A DNA stretch of 64,000 nucleotides from an uncultured Lachnospiraceae bacterium (GCA_963550755.1 CAUVDV010000001.1:2721-66720), one strand, 5' to 3'; shown: positions 10,800 through 21,378, counted from the first letter of the stretch. The notes: a model not told the origin generated them from the sequence alone. A program made the numbers and translations.

Positions 10800-12671
10800 T
10801 TATTTCCCCAAATCCGCGAAAAAGCTCTCAAAATCCTTATTTTCCAGGAGCTTTATAATATTATAATCATTCCTCGCCCAGCGCGAAATCACGCTGCATA
10901 AGCTATAAAGATCGGCATCCGTGTCTTTTTTGGTCTTAGTTAATAGAATAATCCGGACCGGATTCTTGTTCCAGTAGATACTTTCATTTAAGACGATAAC
11001 CAGACAAATCGTCTTGCTGATGATTTTGTCAGTATCCTGCAAATGCACCAAGCCCTTGCCCAGCTCGGTATACTCAAACTCACTGAATTCCTTAACATGT
11101 TCCTTTAAATAACCGTTTTTCAACAAAAATTGAAATATTTTCTTATCCGCCTGCGCTTTATTGGCAGCCGACCAGTTTGTAATAAAATTTTCCCGACGAA
11201 AATATTTTTCTCTGGCAAAATAAAGAAAATCCAACTCCTCCAGCCTTCTGTCTATCTCTTCGATATAGTGCCGGCGATCAAGGACATAAACATTTTGACA
11301 ATTGCAAAATCTTAAATCATCGGTTGATAAAATCAAATCATACGACTTTTCTTTAAACTTTGCTTCCTCGCTTAAATCAATCATCTCAAAATGATAGCGC
11401 TCTCCCGCAAACTTCGAATTGATCTCATAAAAATACATTAACTGTTCCGCCCGTCCTCTTTGAATCAAAATGCCTATTTTGTATTTATTTTTATTCATGA
11501 TCCCCATCAGCGCCATTTGAAAATAAAGCACCAAATATCCAAATTCATTGATATCCGGGCTGACCCCATAGTGCTTCTTGATAATTCGGCAGGCTGAGTG
11601 GGTGATTTTAGTGGCAAATAGATATTGGATTAAATTTTCCGTCACCTCAAAATTGCGAAACACAATATGCGCCTTGATTCGGGTTATCATTGGCGGAATG
11701 TGTAAATTCAAATACTCAATCAGCTTTTCATCTTCTGAAAAGTTAAGGCCAAAATTATTTTGAATTTCTTCGATCATTTCCTTAACGCAAAAGCGGGCCG
11801 ATTCCATTTCACCCGGTGTATTTTCAAAGTTAATCAGCTTGCACTTAAAATGAAGCGCATAATAAAAAATTTCCTCCCGCGGAAGGCTGATTTTAAACAG
11901 CTGATCCAATGCCGCACCCAGCTCTGACGCCAATTTAAGTGCTACATCGTCTTTGTTAATTAAATTCCACCGGTTTTCATACGGATACAGCATGACTTTT
12001 TTTCCGCGCATATAACGATTCATTCCCAAGTAAACATGCACCGCCAAATTATTTAAAACCGAAAGCGCCATACTGCACCGATTCGCATGCAAAATCGACA
12101 GAATTTTCTCTTTAATTGAGGCAAGCACAAAATTAAAATCTACATTTTCATCCCCCGTGTCATCCATATACAGATATTCCCTCATGCACAGCCGAATATC
12201 GGTTTCGCTTCCGTCAATAAAAATTTTATTTGAGCGACTCCTGATCCGAATGCGAAAAATTTGAAATCTGGCTCGCACGGAGTACAGATCCTTATGAAAG
12301 CTATGAATGGAAATATGTAAGTTTTCCAAGATATCATCAATATCAACCATTTCTTTTGCCAAAAGTTCTTTGGTAATATACTCAACTCTTTCCCAGCTTG
12401 GCAGCCGAAAAGGCAAAGCCTCCGGCCTGCCCAGAAACTTTGCCTTAATTTCCCGTTCTCTTGCTGCGTCTTCAATGACAATTTTATATCCCGCACCTCT
12501 TTTGCTCAGAATATGAAATCCCAATCCCGCCTCGCCGTTAAGCTCCGCGATATAGCTTTTTACACTTCTAACGGAAATTCCCAGCGAAAACGAGATAAAT
12601 TTTGAAGTCATGTAATCGCCACACGTTAACAGCAAAGCGACAATTCTATGTTTTTTGGACGACAAGTTCAT
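10800..12671 (-). CDS. BglG/LicR/MtlR-type PRD-domain transcriptional regulator
   Basis: N-terminal HTH (SLGISVRSVKSYIAELN, SKRGAGY), two PRD domains (LAVHV...YALHF; LNLHI...YLVLYF) and a C-terminal EIIA-like segment. Confidence 0.88.
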   Translation of the reverse strand: MNLSSKKHRIVALLLTCGDYMTSKFISFSLGISVRSVKSYIAELNGEAGLGFHILSKRGAGYKIVIEDAAREREIKAKFLGRPEALPFRLPSWERVEYITKELLAKEMVDIDDILENLHISIHSFHKDLYSVRARFQIFRIRIRSRSNKIFIDGSETDIRLCMREYLYMDDTGDENVDFNFVLASIKEKILSILHANRCSMALSVLNNLAVHVYLGMNRYMRGKKVMLYPYENRWNLINKDDVALKLASELGAALDQLFKISLPREEIFYYALHFKCKLINFENTPGEMESARFCVKEMIEEIQNNFGLNFSEDEKLIEYLNLHIPPMITRIKAHIVFRNFEVTENLIQYLFATKITHSACRIIKKHYGVSPDINEFGYLVLYFQMALMGIMNKNKYKIGILIQRGRAEQLMYFYEINSKFAGERYHFEMIDLSEEAKFKEKSYDLILSTDDLRFCNCQNVYVLDRRHYIEEIDRRLEELDFLYFAREKYFRRENFITNWSAANKAQADKKIFQFLLKNGYLKEHVKEFSEFEYTELGKGLVHLQDTDKIISKTICLVIVLNESIYWNKNPVRIILLTKTKKDTDADLYSLCSVISRWARNDYNIIKLLENKDFESFFADLGK

Positions 12672-12696
12672 TTGCTCTTCCCCTTACCGGGTCCCA

Positions 12697-13527
12697 TTAA
12701 AACAGCCCCACCATTGCTCCTAAAATGCCGATCACAATGGTAATCACCAGGATAGTGCTGCTTTTAAAGCCCTTCTTTAATAAAGCATACATGGCTAAAG
12801 TATATAATAAACTCAACAGCAGCGGATAAATCTGATCCAGATAATTTTGAATCTGAAATTCACTTTCCCCAATCGTAAAATTGGTTGCTAATTTCAAGTT
12901 CACCATTGATGCGCTCATCGCCCCTATGACAATTAAACCGACAATTCCAGCCGCTTTTGAAATTTTTTTAATCACGGTATTGCCGGATAAACCGGACAAC
13001 ATGCTGGTTCCCATCTTATATCCCATAACCGTTCCATAATATCTCACCAAAAGATGCGGAATATTAAATAATATCAAAAACAGAATCGGGCCTAAAATAC
13101 TTCCTTGCTGCGCCAGTGAAATCCCAACACCAGCGGCAATCACTCGGATCGTTCCCCAAAATATGGAATCGCCAATCCCCGCCAACGGCCCCATCAAACT
13201 GACTTTAACATTATTGATAATGGACTTGTCAAAATCAGGATTTTCGCTGGCTTCCTTTTCCAAAGAAGCCGTAATCCCCGAAATGGCCGAAGAAACATGA
13301 GGCGTCGTATTATAAATGGCCATATGCCGCTCCAGCGCCTCGGCTCTGGCTTCCTTTTTATCATAATATTTTTCAATCGCCGGATAAATTCCTACGGCAA
13401 AGCCAAGCGCCTGCTGTCTTTCATAATTATAACACGCTTCGAGCAAAAAGGAATTTAAAAACAGCGAATGAATTAATTTTTTTTCGTCTTTACTAAGCGC
13501 TTTCGCATCATTTCCTGTATTAGACAT
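12697..13527 (-). CDS. PTS mannose/fructose/sorbose family IID
   Basis: NYERQQALGF, YNTTPH, KVSLMGPLAGIGDSIFW motifs. Confidence 0.95.
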   Translation of the reverse strand: MSNTGNDAKALSKDEKKLIHSLFLNSFLLEACYNYERQQALGFAVGIYPAIEKYYDKKEARAEALERHMAIYNTTPHVSSAISGITASLEKEASENPDFDKSIINNVKVSLMGPLAGIGDSIFWGTIRVIAAGVGISLAQQGSILGPILFLILFNIPHLLVRYYGTVMGYKMGTSMLSGLSGNTVIKKISKAAGIVGLIVIGAMSASMVNLKLATNFTIGESEFQIQNYLDQIYPLLLSLLYTLAMYALLKKGFKSSTILVITIVIGILGAMVGLF

Positions 13528-14293
13528 CGAACAATTCCTCCTCTTTCTCATCTTGTTTTCTTTCAACCACTTTCGCTTCTCGTTCATAAACAACAACAAA
13601 AGCAACCCCCGCGCCCAAAATGGTAACCGCTAAAATCGGCAGATTCAAATAAGCCGCAATGGTAAATCCGATAATAAAGTAAATTATATTTTTCTTATTT
13701 AGAAGCGGCTGTAAGAGCAAAGCGAAGCCGACTGCCGGCAGAAGCCCGCCCGCGACCTTCAGGCCATTCATAATGATCGGCGGTATCTTTTCAATAAAGG
13801 CGCCAACCGCCGCCGAACCATATAATATGGCGACAAAAGCCACCACAAAATACATCAGACACTGGACAAACAAGCCAAACAGGTTTAATCTCCTTAAGCC
13901 TCTTATATCAGCGTTTTTAGCCAGCTTCATCGCGTAATCCATAAAATAAGACCGCAAAATAAAAACAATTACTTTTAAAGACTGCGCCAATATAGCAATC
14001 GGCAAAGCCAACGCCAAAGCGACCTCTGTCCCTTCCTTGCTCATGATGGCAAAGGCGGTCCCCAATCCCGCCCCGACCAGAACATCCGGCGGAACAGCCG
14101 CGCCTATTTGAATCGCTCCCATAAATACCAATTCCAAAGTGGCCCCGGTTAAGAGTCCAGTCTGAACATCTCCCAAAGCAATACCAACTATGGTTGACAC
14201 CACCAGCGGCCGAATGACCATCGGCGTACCCGCTAATTTTTCCACCGCCCATAAAACAGCTAATATCAAACCAACCATTAACGCTTCATACAC
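13520..14293 (-). CDS. PTS mannose/fructose/sorbose family IIC
   Basis: RPLV...GDVQTGL..GATLELVFMG..IGAAVPPD and GGLLPAVGFALL motifs. Confidence 0.95.
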   Translation of the reverse strand: MYEALMVGLILAVLWAVEKLAGTPMVIRPLVVSTIVGIALGDVQTGLLTGATLELVFMGAIQIGAAVPPDVLVGAGLGTAFAIMSKEGTEVALALALPIAILAQSLKVIVFILRSYFMDYAMKLAKNADIRGLRRLNLFGLFVQCLMYFVVAFVAILYGSAAVGAFIEKIPPIIMNGLKVAGGLLPAVGFALLLQPLLNKKNIIYFIIGFTIAAYLNLPILAVTILGAGVAFVVVYEREAKVVERKQDEKEEELFDV

Positions 14294-14323
14294 AATAACC
14301 GCCTCCTTTTTTCTTTTGGGAAT

Positions 14324-14806
14324 CTACGCAAATTTTTCTTTTAGCTCTCCATATTTATACTTTGCCGTACTGGGAACCTCCTGCGCAAATATCTCAACTC
14401 CCATATTCTCAATCCGATTTAGGTTCAAAATGTCTTTTTCCTCAAAATACACCGCTTTAGAAAACATTTTTTTGCCTTCCTGCGCTTGCACGCAGCCAAT
14501 GTTTAAGCTTGGCTTCCCCTCAATCGATTCATAAAGCCGCGCCGCGCTCGCGGTACTGCCTACCACAACCAGCACCCGCATTTTCTCCAGTTTTTCATGC
14601 TTTAAAAGTTTCGCCGCCTCTTCCATACTTCTGACAGCCAGCCTGACTCCATCCGGCACCCCAATTTTTAAAGCGTTTTTACGAAATTCATCCTTTGCCG
14701 CCGCGTCATCCGCTATGACAATCGCCTCATAGGCCAATTCACTTTTCCAGCTAAGCGCGATCTGACCATGTAGCAAACGGTCGTCAATTCTTACCAGTAC
14801 AATCAT
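14324..14806 (-). CDS. PTS mannose/fructose/sorbose family IIB
   Basis: RIDDRLLHGQI phospho-His motif. Confidence 0.95.
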   Translation of the reverse strand: MIVLVRIDDRLLHGQIALSWKSELAYEAIVIADDAAAKDEFRKNALKIGVPDGVRLAVRSMEEAAKLLKHEKLEKMRVLVVVGSTASAARLYESIEGKPSLNIGCVQAQEGKKMFSKAVYFEEKDILNLNRIENMGVEIFAQEVPSTAKYKYGELKEKFA

Positions 14807-14864
14807 AACCCCTCCTTATAAAAATTGATGCTTTATTTTTAGCCTGCCAGCTATGCTTCCTCCG

Positions 14865-15287
14865 TTAAAAATCAAAATCATCCCGATACGTGTTCTCAGC
14901 CAGCGTTTTATTGATGTACTTAATCGCCTCCCCGGCGTCTTGAATCAAGCGCTCAATCCTTTCATCTGTAAGCGCCGTCTCCTTATCCTCCATCACAATG
15001 GATAAAAGTAAAGCCAGATTGATGCCGCTGATTAATTTAATCCCATGCGTTTTAATATACGCCGCGCATTCGTTGTTTGGGCTGCCGAAAGCTAAGTCGG
15101 TCAAAACAATCTTTTCATCCGCCGGATCTAATTTTGAAAAATAAATTTTCAGCTGCTCGGCTAAAGGCGTATCATCCAGATAGGCATTGATGAAATCCAC
15201 CTGGTTGCCGCCGCCGCAAATCAAATCCATCGCCGCCACAAATCCCTGCGCCAAGCTGGAATGGGAAACTACCAGTATTTTTCTCAT
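14865..15287 (-). CDS. PTS mannose family IIA
   Basis: ILVVSH, LTDLAFGSPNN and GINL motifs. Confidence 0.93.
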   Translation of the reverse strand: MRKILVVSHSSLAQGFVAAMDLICGGGNQVDFINAYLDDTPLAEQLKIYFSKLDPADEKIVLTDLAFGSPNNECAAYIKTHGIKLISGINLALLLSIVMEDKETALTDERIERLIQDAGEAIKYINKTLAENTYRDDFDF

Positions 15288-15302
15288 AAATTTTTCTCCC
15301 TC

Positions 15303-16361
15303 TCAAAGTAATTTTTGAATATACTGATCGATCTGCCAGTGCAGCCTTTGCGTCAAATCCCTTCCCTTAAAATCGGCGAAATAATAAGCCAGCACCTGAC
15401 AGGCGGCCGCGAATTCCAGAAAATAAAAATATTCGCTTTTTAGTTCAAGTAATAAATCTACATCTGTCCCCGTTTCATTACTAATAAAAATAGAATCGCC
15501 GATTTCATTTTTAATGAATTGATTGATTTTAAGACAGCGCTGCGAATCGCAATTTTTATTATAGAGAAAAACAAATAACATTTCAGAATCAAACGCGTTT
15601 TGTGGCCCATGAATCAACTCCTCTATTTCATAGGAATCGCTCATAATTGGCAGCATTTCCATAAACTTAATCGCCGCCTCCTGGGCAATCGGCCAAAGAT
15701 CGCCCTCGCCGGATACCATAACGCATTTTTTTTGATCTATCAGCGCGGCGTTTTTAACCGCCCAGCTTTCCGCTGTTTCAATTACAGCGGGAAGAGAATT
15801 GGAAAGTGTTTTCAAATCCGCCAAATATCGCGCTATCTCTTTTTCCTCCAGTCCCGCTGTTTTGGCAATAGACATGCATAAAAGAAGACAACTGACGACG
15901 GTACAGGTATATCCCTTGGTCCGAAACAGAAATTCCTCTTCCCCACAGCCCAGGTTGCAATGAATATCCGCGGCTTTAGCAATCATACTTTCCCCATCCG
16001 CCGTCATGGATAAGTTCATCCGCTTCTGAGCGGTGATAAACCGAATACACCGCTCTATCGTCGCCGTCCGGCCAGTTTGAGAAAGAAAAACGTACAGCGC
16101 CTGGTCATTAATCATCGTTTTTTGATATAAAAAATCATTGGGGTAAGACAGGGTAATTCGCATTTTCAAGTTTTTCTCCGCGAAATGTTTCACCGCGAAA
16201 GCAGCGTTATACGAGCTTCCACTGGCAATAAATACAATTTCATCCGGGCAAAAAGAAAACTGCCGAATATACTTTGCGATCTTCTGATCCCAAAAATCAA
16301 AATTACGAATTAATTGCTCGACCCTTTCCGGGATTTCTTTTATGGTATCTATTAACTGCAT
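15303..16361 (-). CDS. double-SIS-domain sugar-phosphate isomerase/deglycase (GlmS C-terminal/FrlB/AgaS-like)
   Basis: ASGSSYNAA, SQTGRT, TKGY, AIKFMEM and EELIHGP motifs; no glutaminase domain. Confidence 0.88.
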   Translation of the reverse strand: MQLIDTIKEIPERVEQLIRNFDFWDQKIAKYIRQFSFCPDEIVFIASGSSYNAAFAVKHFAEKNLKMRITLSYPNDFLYQKTMINDQALYVFLSQTGRTATIERCIRFITAQKRMNLSMTADGESMIAKAADIHCNLGCGEEEFLFRTKGYTCTVVSCLLLCMSIAKTAGLEEKEIARYLADLKTLSNSLPAVIETAESWAVKNAALIDQKKCVMVSGEGDLWPIAQEAAIKFMEMLPIMSDSYEIEELIHGPQNAFDSEMLFVFLYNKNCDSQRCLKINQFIKNEIGDSIFISNETGTDVDLLLELKSEYFYFLEFAAACQVLAYYFADFKGRDLTQRLHWQIDQYIQKLL

Positions 16362-16447
16362 TTTTCCCCTCTCTTTAGATTATTTCATTAAATTAGGTTC
16401 TCTAAACCCTTCTTTTTATTTATAATATACCGAAATAAAAGAAAAAT

Positions 16448-16491
16448 AAAGATATATTTTTGCACTTGTCTTGGTGCAGAAATATATCTTT
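16448..16491. promoter_or_regulatory. 18-bp inverted repeat upstream of the SIS-PTS operon; candidate operator
   Basis: aaagatatatttttgcac-N8-gtgcagaaatatatcttt (1 mismatch), about 90-130 bp upstream of the operon start. Confidence 0.6.
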
Positions 16492-16859
16492 CGTTTTAGT
16501 TCTGAGTTTTTAATTAAATTCCTCAAAAATTTTAAATTATTCCAATTCCGCTTTTCCATTTTCATGCGAACAGTTTTTTCAGACAAGCTCCCCGCCCGAG
16601 CGAAAGCGCAAAATATTTCGACATTCGCGGTTGACGGCAGGTCTATTTCAATCTGCGAAAAGTTCGTTTTTCGGTCGGCATTCCGCCAGGACGCACTCAG
16701 GCTTTCGCCAAGGTTTTTAGCAATTAACCGGACAAGTCAAGCCATTAACCCTAACCCGCAACTTGCGAAACAAAACGCAAAAATATTGTTTTTATCCGCA
16801 AAGTATTATATAATAACAGCAAAAGAGCAACTATTTTACGGTTTAGGAAAGGAAACGCC

Positions 16860-17294
16860 ATGACTACTCAGGAATTTTGGAGCAAAGTAAAATCACCGGA
16901 ATATAAAATCACCAAACCGCGGCTGGCTTTTGCTGAAGTTTTAGTTGAAAACCAAAACGTCATGCTGACGGCGGAAAGTCTGTACGCCAAAACCAGAGCG
17001 CTTTTCCCCAAGGCCAACCTATCCACTATCTACCGCAACTTAGAAGCCCTCGAGCAGCTGAATATGCTGTATAAAATCACCACGGACAAAGGCATTAACC
17101 TATATAAGCTAAAATGCGCCAACAGTCAGCATCATCATCACATTATCTGCACCGGCTGCGGCAAAGTGCTGGATATTCATTACTGCCCCTATGACACTTT
17201 TAACAAGATCGCCGCTGAAGCCGGCTTTACTATCTCTGAGCACCGGCTCGAGCTTTACGGCCTATGCGCCGACTGTCAGGCAAAATCGCGGTAA
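16860..17294 (+). CDS. Fur-family transcriptional regulator (Zur/Fur-like)
   Basis: TKPR, STIYRNL, HHHHIICTGCG and C-terminal CADC motifs. Confidence 0.93.
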   Translation: MTTQEFWSKVKSPEYKITKPRLAFAEVLVENQNVMLTAESLYAKTRALFPKANLSTIYRNLEALEQLNMLYKITTDKGINLYKLKCANSQHHHHIICTGCGKVLDIHYCPYDTFNKIAAEAGFTISEHRLELYGLCADCQAKSR

Positions 17295-17950
17295 AGCTCA
17301 ATGCCGTTCATCTGCATTTGATAAAGCGCCACCGTATTCATCAGTTCCGCTTGGTGATTGGTCGCCGGCAAATCAAAGGTTTCCACCGTCGTCAGCGGCA
17401 GCATCAAGCGGGAAACAATATTTTTCTCATTAAAATAGCTTTTCAGCGTCAAGCTAAAGTTCAGCACACAAATATCGGTCACTAAGCCGGTGATCACAAA
17501 GTTCACCACCTCCGGATGCTCGGTCAACCAAGTTTGAAAACCCGCCGCCATAAAGCCGTTGATGCAGTTCTTTTCAATTTGCCGGCTCCTTTCACCTGCT
17601 TCCAGTATCAATTCGCTGATCAGTTCCGTTTCGGCCGTCCCTTTCAGGCAATGCGGCACATAAGCGGCAAACTCAGTACTGTCCTTGGTGTGGCAGTCCT
17701 GAAAATAAATTTTATAAAAGCCCCTCGTTTCCTCATTTAAACGTTTCACCGGCAAAGTAATATCCTTGGCCCGCTCCGAGGACAAAGGCCCTTGACTGAC
17801 AAAGCCTTTGATCACGTCGACAAAAACAATCGCCGTCTGATCTGGATCCAAGCTTTTTAAACTTAAATCCGGCAAGCTTTTCCAGCTTTCTTCTATCGCC
17901 AGCAAACTAATCATCGCTTCTTCTTTTTTGGAAAATAAATCAAACCGCAT
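17276..17950 (-). CDS. isochorismatase/nicotinamidase-family cysteine hydrolase
   Basis: VDVIKGF, DCH, PHC, EKN and GLVTDICV motifs; 3' end overlaps the Fur gene by 19 bp. Confidence 0.88.
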   Translation of the reverse strand: MRFDLFSKKEEAMISLLAIEESWKSLPDLSLKSLDPDQTAIVFVDVIKGFVSQGPLSSERAKDITLPVKRLNEETRGFYKIYFQDCHTKDSTEFAAYVPHCLKGTAETELISELILEAGERSRQIEKNCINGFMAAGFQTWLTEHPEVVNFVITGLVTDICVLNFSLTLKSYFNEKNIVSRLMLPLTTVETFDLPATNHQAELMNTVALYQMQMNGIELYRDFA

Positions 17951-18061
17951 GATAAACTCCTTTCTGCTTGCTCCGGATCAAAAGGGCAGGCCGTCCGCCT
18001 GCCCCCGCGCAAACATTCCGATCAAAGCCGCCGACTTAACCGCTTTTAACGGCTGCCGGCT

Positions 18062-19336
18062 TTAAACCTGACTTAACGCGTTTTTGACATCCGCTAAAAT
18101 ATCCTCAATATTTTCAATCCCAACCGAGAACCGCACCGTTCCCTCCGAAATCCCGGCCGCCGTCAGCTGCTCCGGTGTCAATTGGCGATGGGTCGATGTG
18201 GCCGGATGCAAAATACAGGAGCGAATATCAGCGACATGTACTTCATTGCTGACCAGTTCCAAACTGTCGATAAAGCGGGTCGCCGCTGCCCGGCCACCGG
18301 CCATATCAAATGACACCACGCCCGAAGCGCCGACCGGCATATATTTTTGCTGCAAAGCGTGACAGGGATCACTCTCCAGCCCCGGATAAGCCACTTTGGC
18401 AATTTTATCAGAAGCCAAGAGGAACCTTGCGACCGCCAGAGCATTCTCCGAATGTGCCTTCATCCGCAAAACCAATGTTTCCAGGCCCAAGTTTAAAATA
18501 AAAGCAGTCAGGGCCGGCGGATAAACGCCGAAATCCCGCATCAGCTGCACTCTGGCCTTAACAATATAAGCCAAATCGCCAAAGCTTTCCGTATAGCTAA
18601 GACCATGATAGGACGGGTCAGGCTCGGTCAGCTCAGGAAACTTGCCGTTTTTCCAATCGAACTTACCGCTGTCCACAATCACCCCGCCGACTGCCACGGC
18701 ATGGCCGTCCATATATTTGGTGGTCGAATGAACCACGATGTCCGCTCCATGCTCAATCGGCCGGCACAGTGCGGGCGTGGCCAAAGTATTATCCATAATC
18801 AGCGGCACGCCCATTTCATGCGCGACTCCCGCCCATTTTTCAATATCTAAGATAACCAGCGCCGGATTGGCCAAGGTTTCGGCAAAAACCGCTTTGGTAT
18901 TCGGCCGGAAAGCCGCCTTTAATTCCTCGGCTGAGGCCATGGAGTCCACAAAGCTGCATTCAATCCCAAACTGTTTTAAGCGAACGGCAAATAAATTAAC
19001 CGTGCCGCCGTAAATGCTGGTGCTGCTGATAAAATGATCGCCCGTCTGCAAAATATTTAATAAGCTGAGCAGCGTTGCCGCCTGCCCGGAGGAGGTACAT
19101 AGCGCCGCCGCGCCGCTTTCCAAAGCGGCAATCTTTTTTTCCACCGCTTCCACCGTCGGATTGGACAGCCGCGAGTACATGTGGCCGCTGGCCGTCAGGT
19201 CAAACAACTTGCCGATGTGCTCCGTGCTGTCATAGGTATAGGTGGTTGACTGATAAATCGGCAGCACCCGCGGTTCCCCGTTTCCGGGCGTATAACCGGC
19301 GTGCAGTGCCATAGTTTGTTGTCCTTGTTTCATCAT
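18062..19336 (-). CDS. metY: O-acetylhomoserine/O-acetylserine sulfhydrylase
   Basis: PIYQSTTY, YSRLSNPT, SSGQAA, HSTTKY (PLP lysine) and HPATSTHRQL motifs. Confidence 0.9.
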   Translation of the reverse strand: MMKQGQQTMALHAGYTPGNGEPRVLPIYQSTTYTYDSTEHIGKLFDLTASGHMYSRLSNPTVEAVEKKIAALESGAAALCTSSGQAATLLSLLNILQTGDHFISSTSIYGGTVNLFAVRLKQFGIECSFVDSMASAEELKAAFRPNTKAVFAETLANPALVILDIEKWAGVAHEMGVPLIMDNTLATPALCRPIEHGADIVVHSTTKYMDGHAVAVGGVIVDSGKFDWKNGKFPELTEPDPSYHGLSYTESFGDLAYIVKARVQLMRDFGVYPPALTAFILNLGLETLVLRMKAHSENALAVARFLLASDKIAKVAYPGLESDPCHALQQKYMPVGASGVVSFDMAGGRAAATRFIDSLELVSNEVHVADIRSCILHPATSTHRQLTPEQLTAAGISEGTVRFSVGIENIEDILADVKNALSQV

Positions 19337-19656
19337 TTTTTCCTTTCTTTTACATATTTGCATTCAGGCAAGCAGCCGATAATCTTAATACACCGGGGAG
19401 AGCTTGCTCTATAGGCATATCAAGCACAAATATCCATTTGCTTAACGCGTATCGACGGAATCAGCAAAAAAAGATTTCGCCGTTCCCGCCTAACTTGCCC
19501 GAAAGTTTCCTTAATTTTCCAGCAGCCAGGTTTTCTTTGCTCTTCCTTGGTCATCGGATTTAGCCGCTTATAACCATTTTCCGGCTTTCTGCACCGGCGG
19601 CCTTCCTTGCGCGAAAGCCGGCTGGCCTTGACCTTGGCCGGTTATTGCTCCCCGCC

Positions 19657-20532
19657 TTACTTATCTGCCTCGGTCTGATAATAGCGAAACAGCGCCTGCG
19701 TTCCCAAATCGCCCATGCCCTCTGCCGCCATGCTTTCATAATGCCGAAGTACCAGTTCCAGCACGCTCAGATCCAGCCCGGCCGCTATTGCTTCTTCCTG
19801 AGCCAGCTTCATGTCCTTAATAAAATGCTTGATAAAAAAACCCGGTGCAAAATCCCCCGCCAAAATCCGAGGTGCTAAGCTCTCCAGCTGCCGACTGCCG
19901 GCCGCTCCGCTGCCAATCGAACGCAGCACCGTCGGCAGGTCCAAGTCCTTGGCACAGGCGTAGTTTAGCGCCTCGCATACGCCGGAAATCGTACCGGCAA
20001 TGATGATTTGATTGACCATTTTGGTATGCTGCCCCTTGCCGGCCGTCCCCTGATAATTAATATTGCTGCCCATCGCCGCAAACAGCGGATAGCACGCGTC
20101 AAAATCCGCCCGCTCGCCGCCAACTAAAATAGAAAGCGTTCCCTCGCGGGCTCCGGTATCGCCGCCGGTTACCGGCGCATCTAAGGCATGAACCCCCAAT
20201 TCCTTTGCCTCGGCGTAAATCTTTTCCGCCAGCTTCGGGCTGGAGGTGGTCATATCAATCACATAAGCGCCCGGCTTTACATTCGCCAAAATTCCGTTCG
20301 GCCCGAAATATACTTCCTCCACATCCGCCGGATAACCGACAATCGTAATCACGGCTTCCGCTTCCCGCACGCAGTCGCCAATACTGTTATAGCAGCGCAC
20401 CCCTTCGCTGATTAAATCCGCTGCTTTTTCCCAGTGCCTGGCATAAATATCAACCTCAAAGCCGGCTTTACGCAAATTGCGCAGCATTGACTTGCCCATA
20501 ATACCCGTGCCGATAAATACGATTTTTTTCAT
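19657..20532 (-). CDS. NAD(P)-dependent beta-hydroxyacid dehydrogenase (3-hydroxyisobutyrate/2-hydroxy-3-oxopropionate reductase family)
   Basis: FIGTGIMG, DAPVTGGDTGAREG, GQHTKMVNQ and KHFIKDM motifs. Confidence 0.92.
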   Translation of the reverse strand: MKKIVFIGTGIMGKSMLRNLRKAGFEVDIYARHWEKAADLISEGVRCYNSIGDCVREAEAVITIVGYPADVEEVYFGPNGILANVKPGAYVIDMTTSSPKLAEKIYAEAKELGVHALDAPVTGGDTGAREGTLSILVGGERADFDACYPLFAAMGSNINYQGTAGKGQHTKMVNQIIIAGTISGVCEALNYACAKDLDLPTVLRSIGSGAAGSRQLESLAPRILAGDFAPGFFIKHFIKDMKLAQEEAIAAGLDLSVLELVLRHYESMAAEGMGDLGTQALFRYYQTEADK

Positions 20533-20570
20533 AAACTCCTTTCTCCTTTTAGTCAAAACTTAATTTTTGC

Positions 20571-21194
20571 CTAGTTCCCGCTGCGTACCACTTCTTCCGC
20601 CTTTTTCTTAATGCGCTGCAAGGCGTTGTCAATCGACTTAACCGGCCGCTGTAAGACTTCGGCCACCTCTTTATAATTCACCCCGTTTAAATGAAGCTGT
20701 AAGACCTGTTTTTCCAGCTCGCTCAGCTTACCAAGCAGTTCCTCTTTAATCCGGGCGCTTTCCTCCTGCCCGATAATTAAGTTTTCCGGATCCTCCAGCC
20801 GGCCGGCCGGGACATAAACCAGCATATCCTCATCGCTTTCTTCTTCCTCAAAGTCAAAAGCCGGTTTGTTTAAGGAAATATAATTATTTAACGGCCCATG
20901 CTTTTTCCTCGCCGAGCGCTTGACCGCCGTAATGATTTGCCGGGTAATGCACAGTTCGGCAAACGGAAAAAAGGCAATGTTCTTCTGGGCCTGAAAATCC
21001 CGGATTGCTTTAAACAGCCCAATCATTCCTTCCTGCGTCAAATCCTCGCGGCTGCCGCCGTTAATAAAATACGAGCGGGATTTTTTCTCCACCAGCGGCT
21101 TATAACGGCTGAATAAATAGTCCATCGCCTCATTGTCGCCATCGCTGATTAAGTTTAAAATTTCTTCATCGGTCAACTTGGAGTAATTTTTCAT
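20571..21194 (-). CDS. sigH: RNA polymerase sigma-H factor
   Basis: EDLTQEGMIGLFKAIRDF, FAELCITRQIITAVK..RKKHGPLNNYISL and KSIDNALQRIKKK; conserved position after rlmB. Confidence 0.95.
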   Translation of the reverse strand: MKNYSKLTDEEILNLISDGDNEAMDYLFSRYKPLVEKKSRSYFINGGSREDLTQEGMIGLFKAIRDFQAQKNIAFFPFAELCITRQIITAVKRSARKKHGPLNNYISLNKPAFDFEEEESDEDMLVYVPAGRLEDPENLIIGQEESARIKEELLGKLSELEKQVLQLHLNGVNYKEVAEVLQRPVKSIDNALQRIKKKAEEVVRSGN

Positions 21195-21378
21195 ACCTAC
21201 CCTTTCTGTTTTTAGTTTCTCTTTTATCGGCCAGGCACTGCGTCATTTTGGCCGGCCGAAAGCTTGGCCTTTCTGCCTGAACCGGCTCCTCTTAGTAAAA
21301 GACATCGGCCGCAGAAAAACAGAAAGGCTTCGCCTGCCCGGCCCGCAATCTGCTCTGCGTCCGTTTTTAAACCGGCCG

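Noticed and set aside
16471..16863. 130-aa plus-strand ORF before the Fur gene
   Set aside because: No RBS or motifs; it spans operator and promoter DNA.
19337..19650. SAM riboswitch or T-box upstream of metY
   Set aside because: I could not find the S-box core or a T-box motif on the minus strand; an Rfam scan would be needed to exclude a divergent one.
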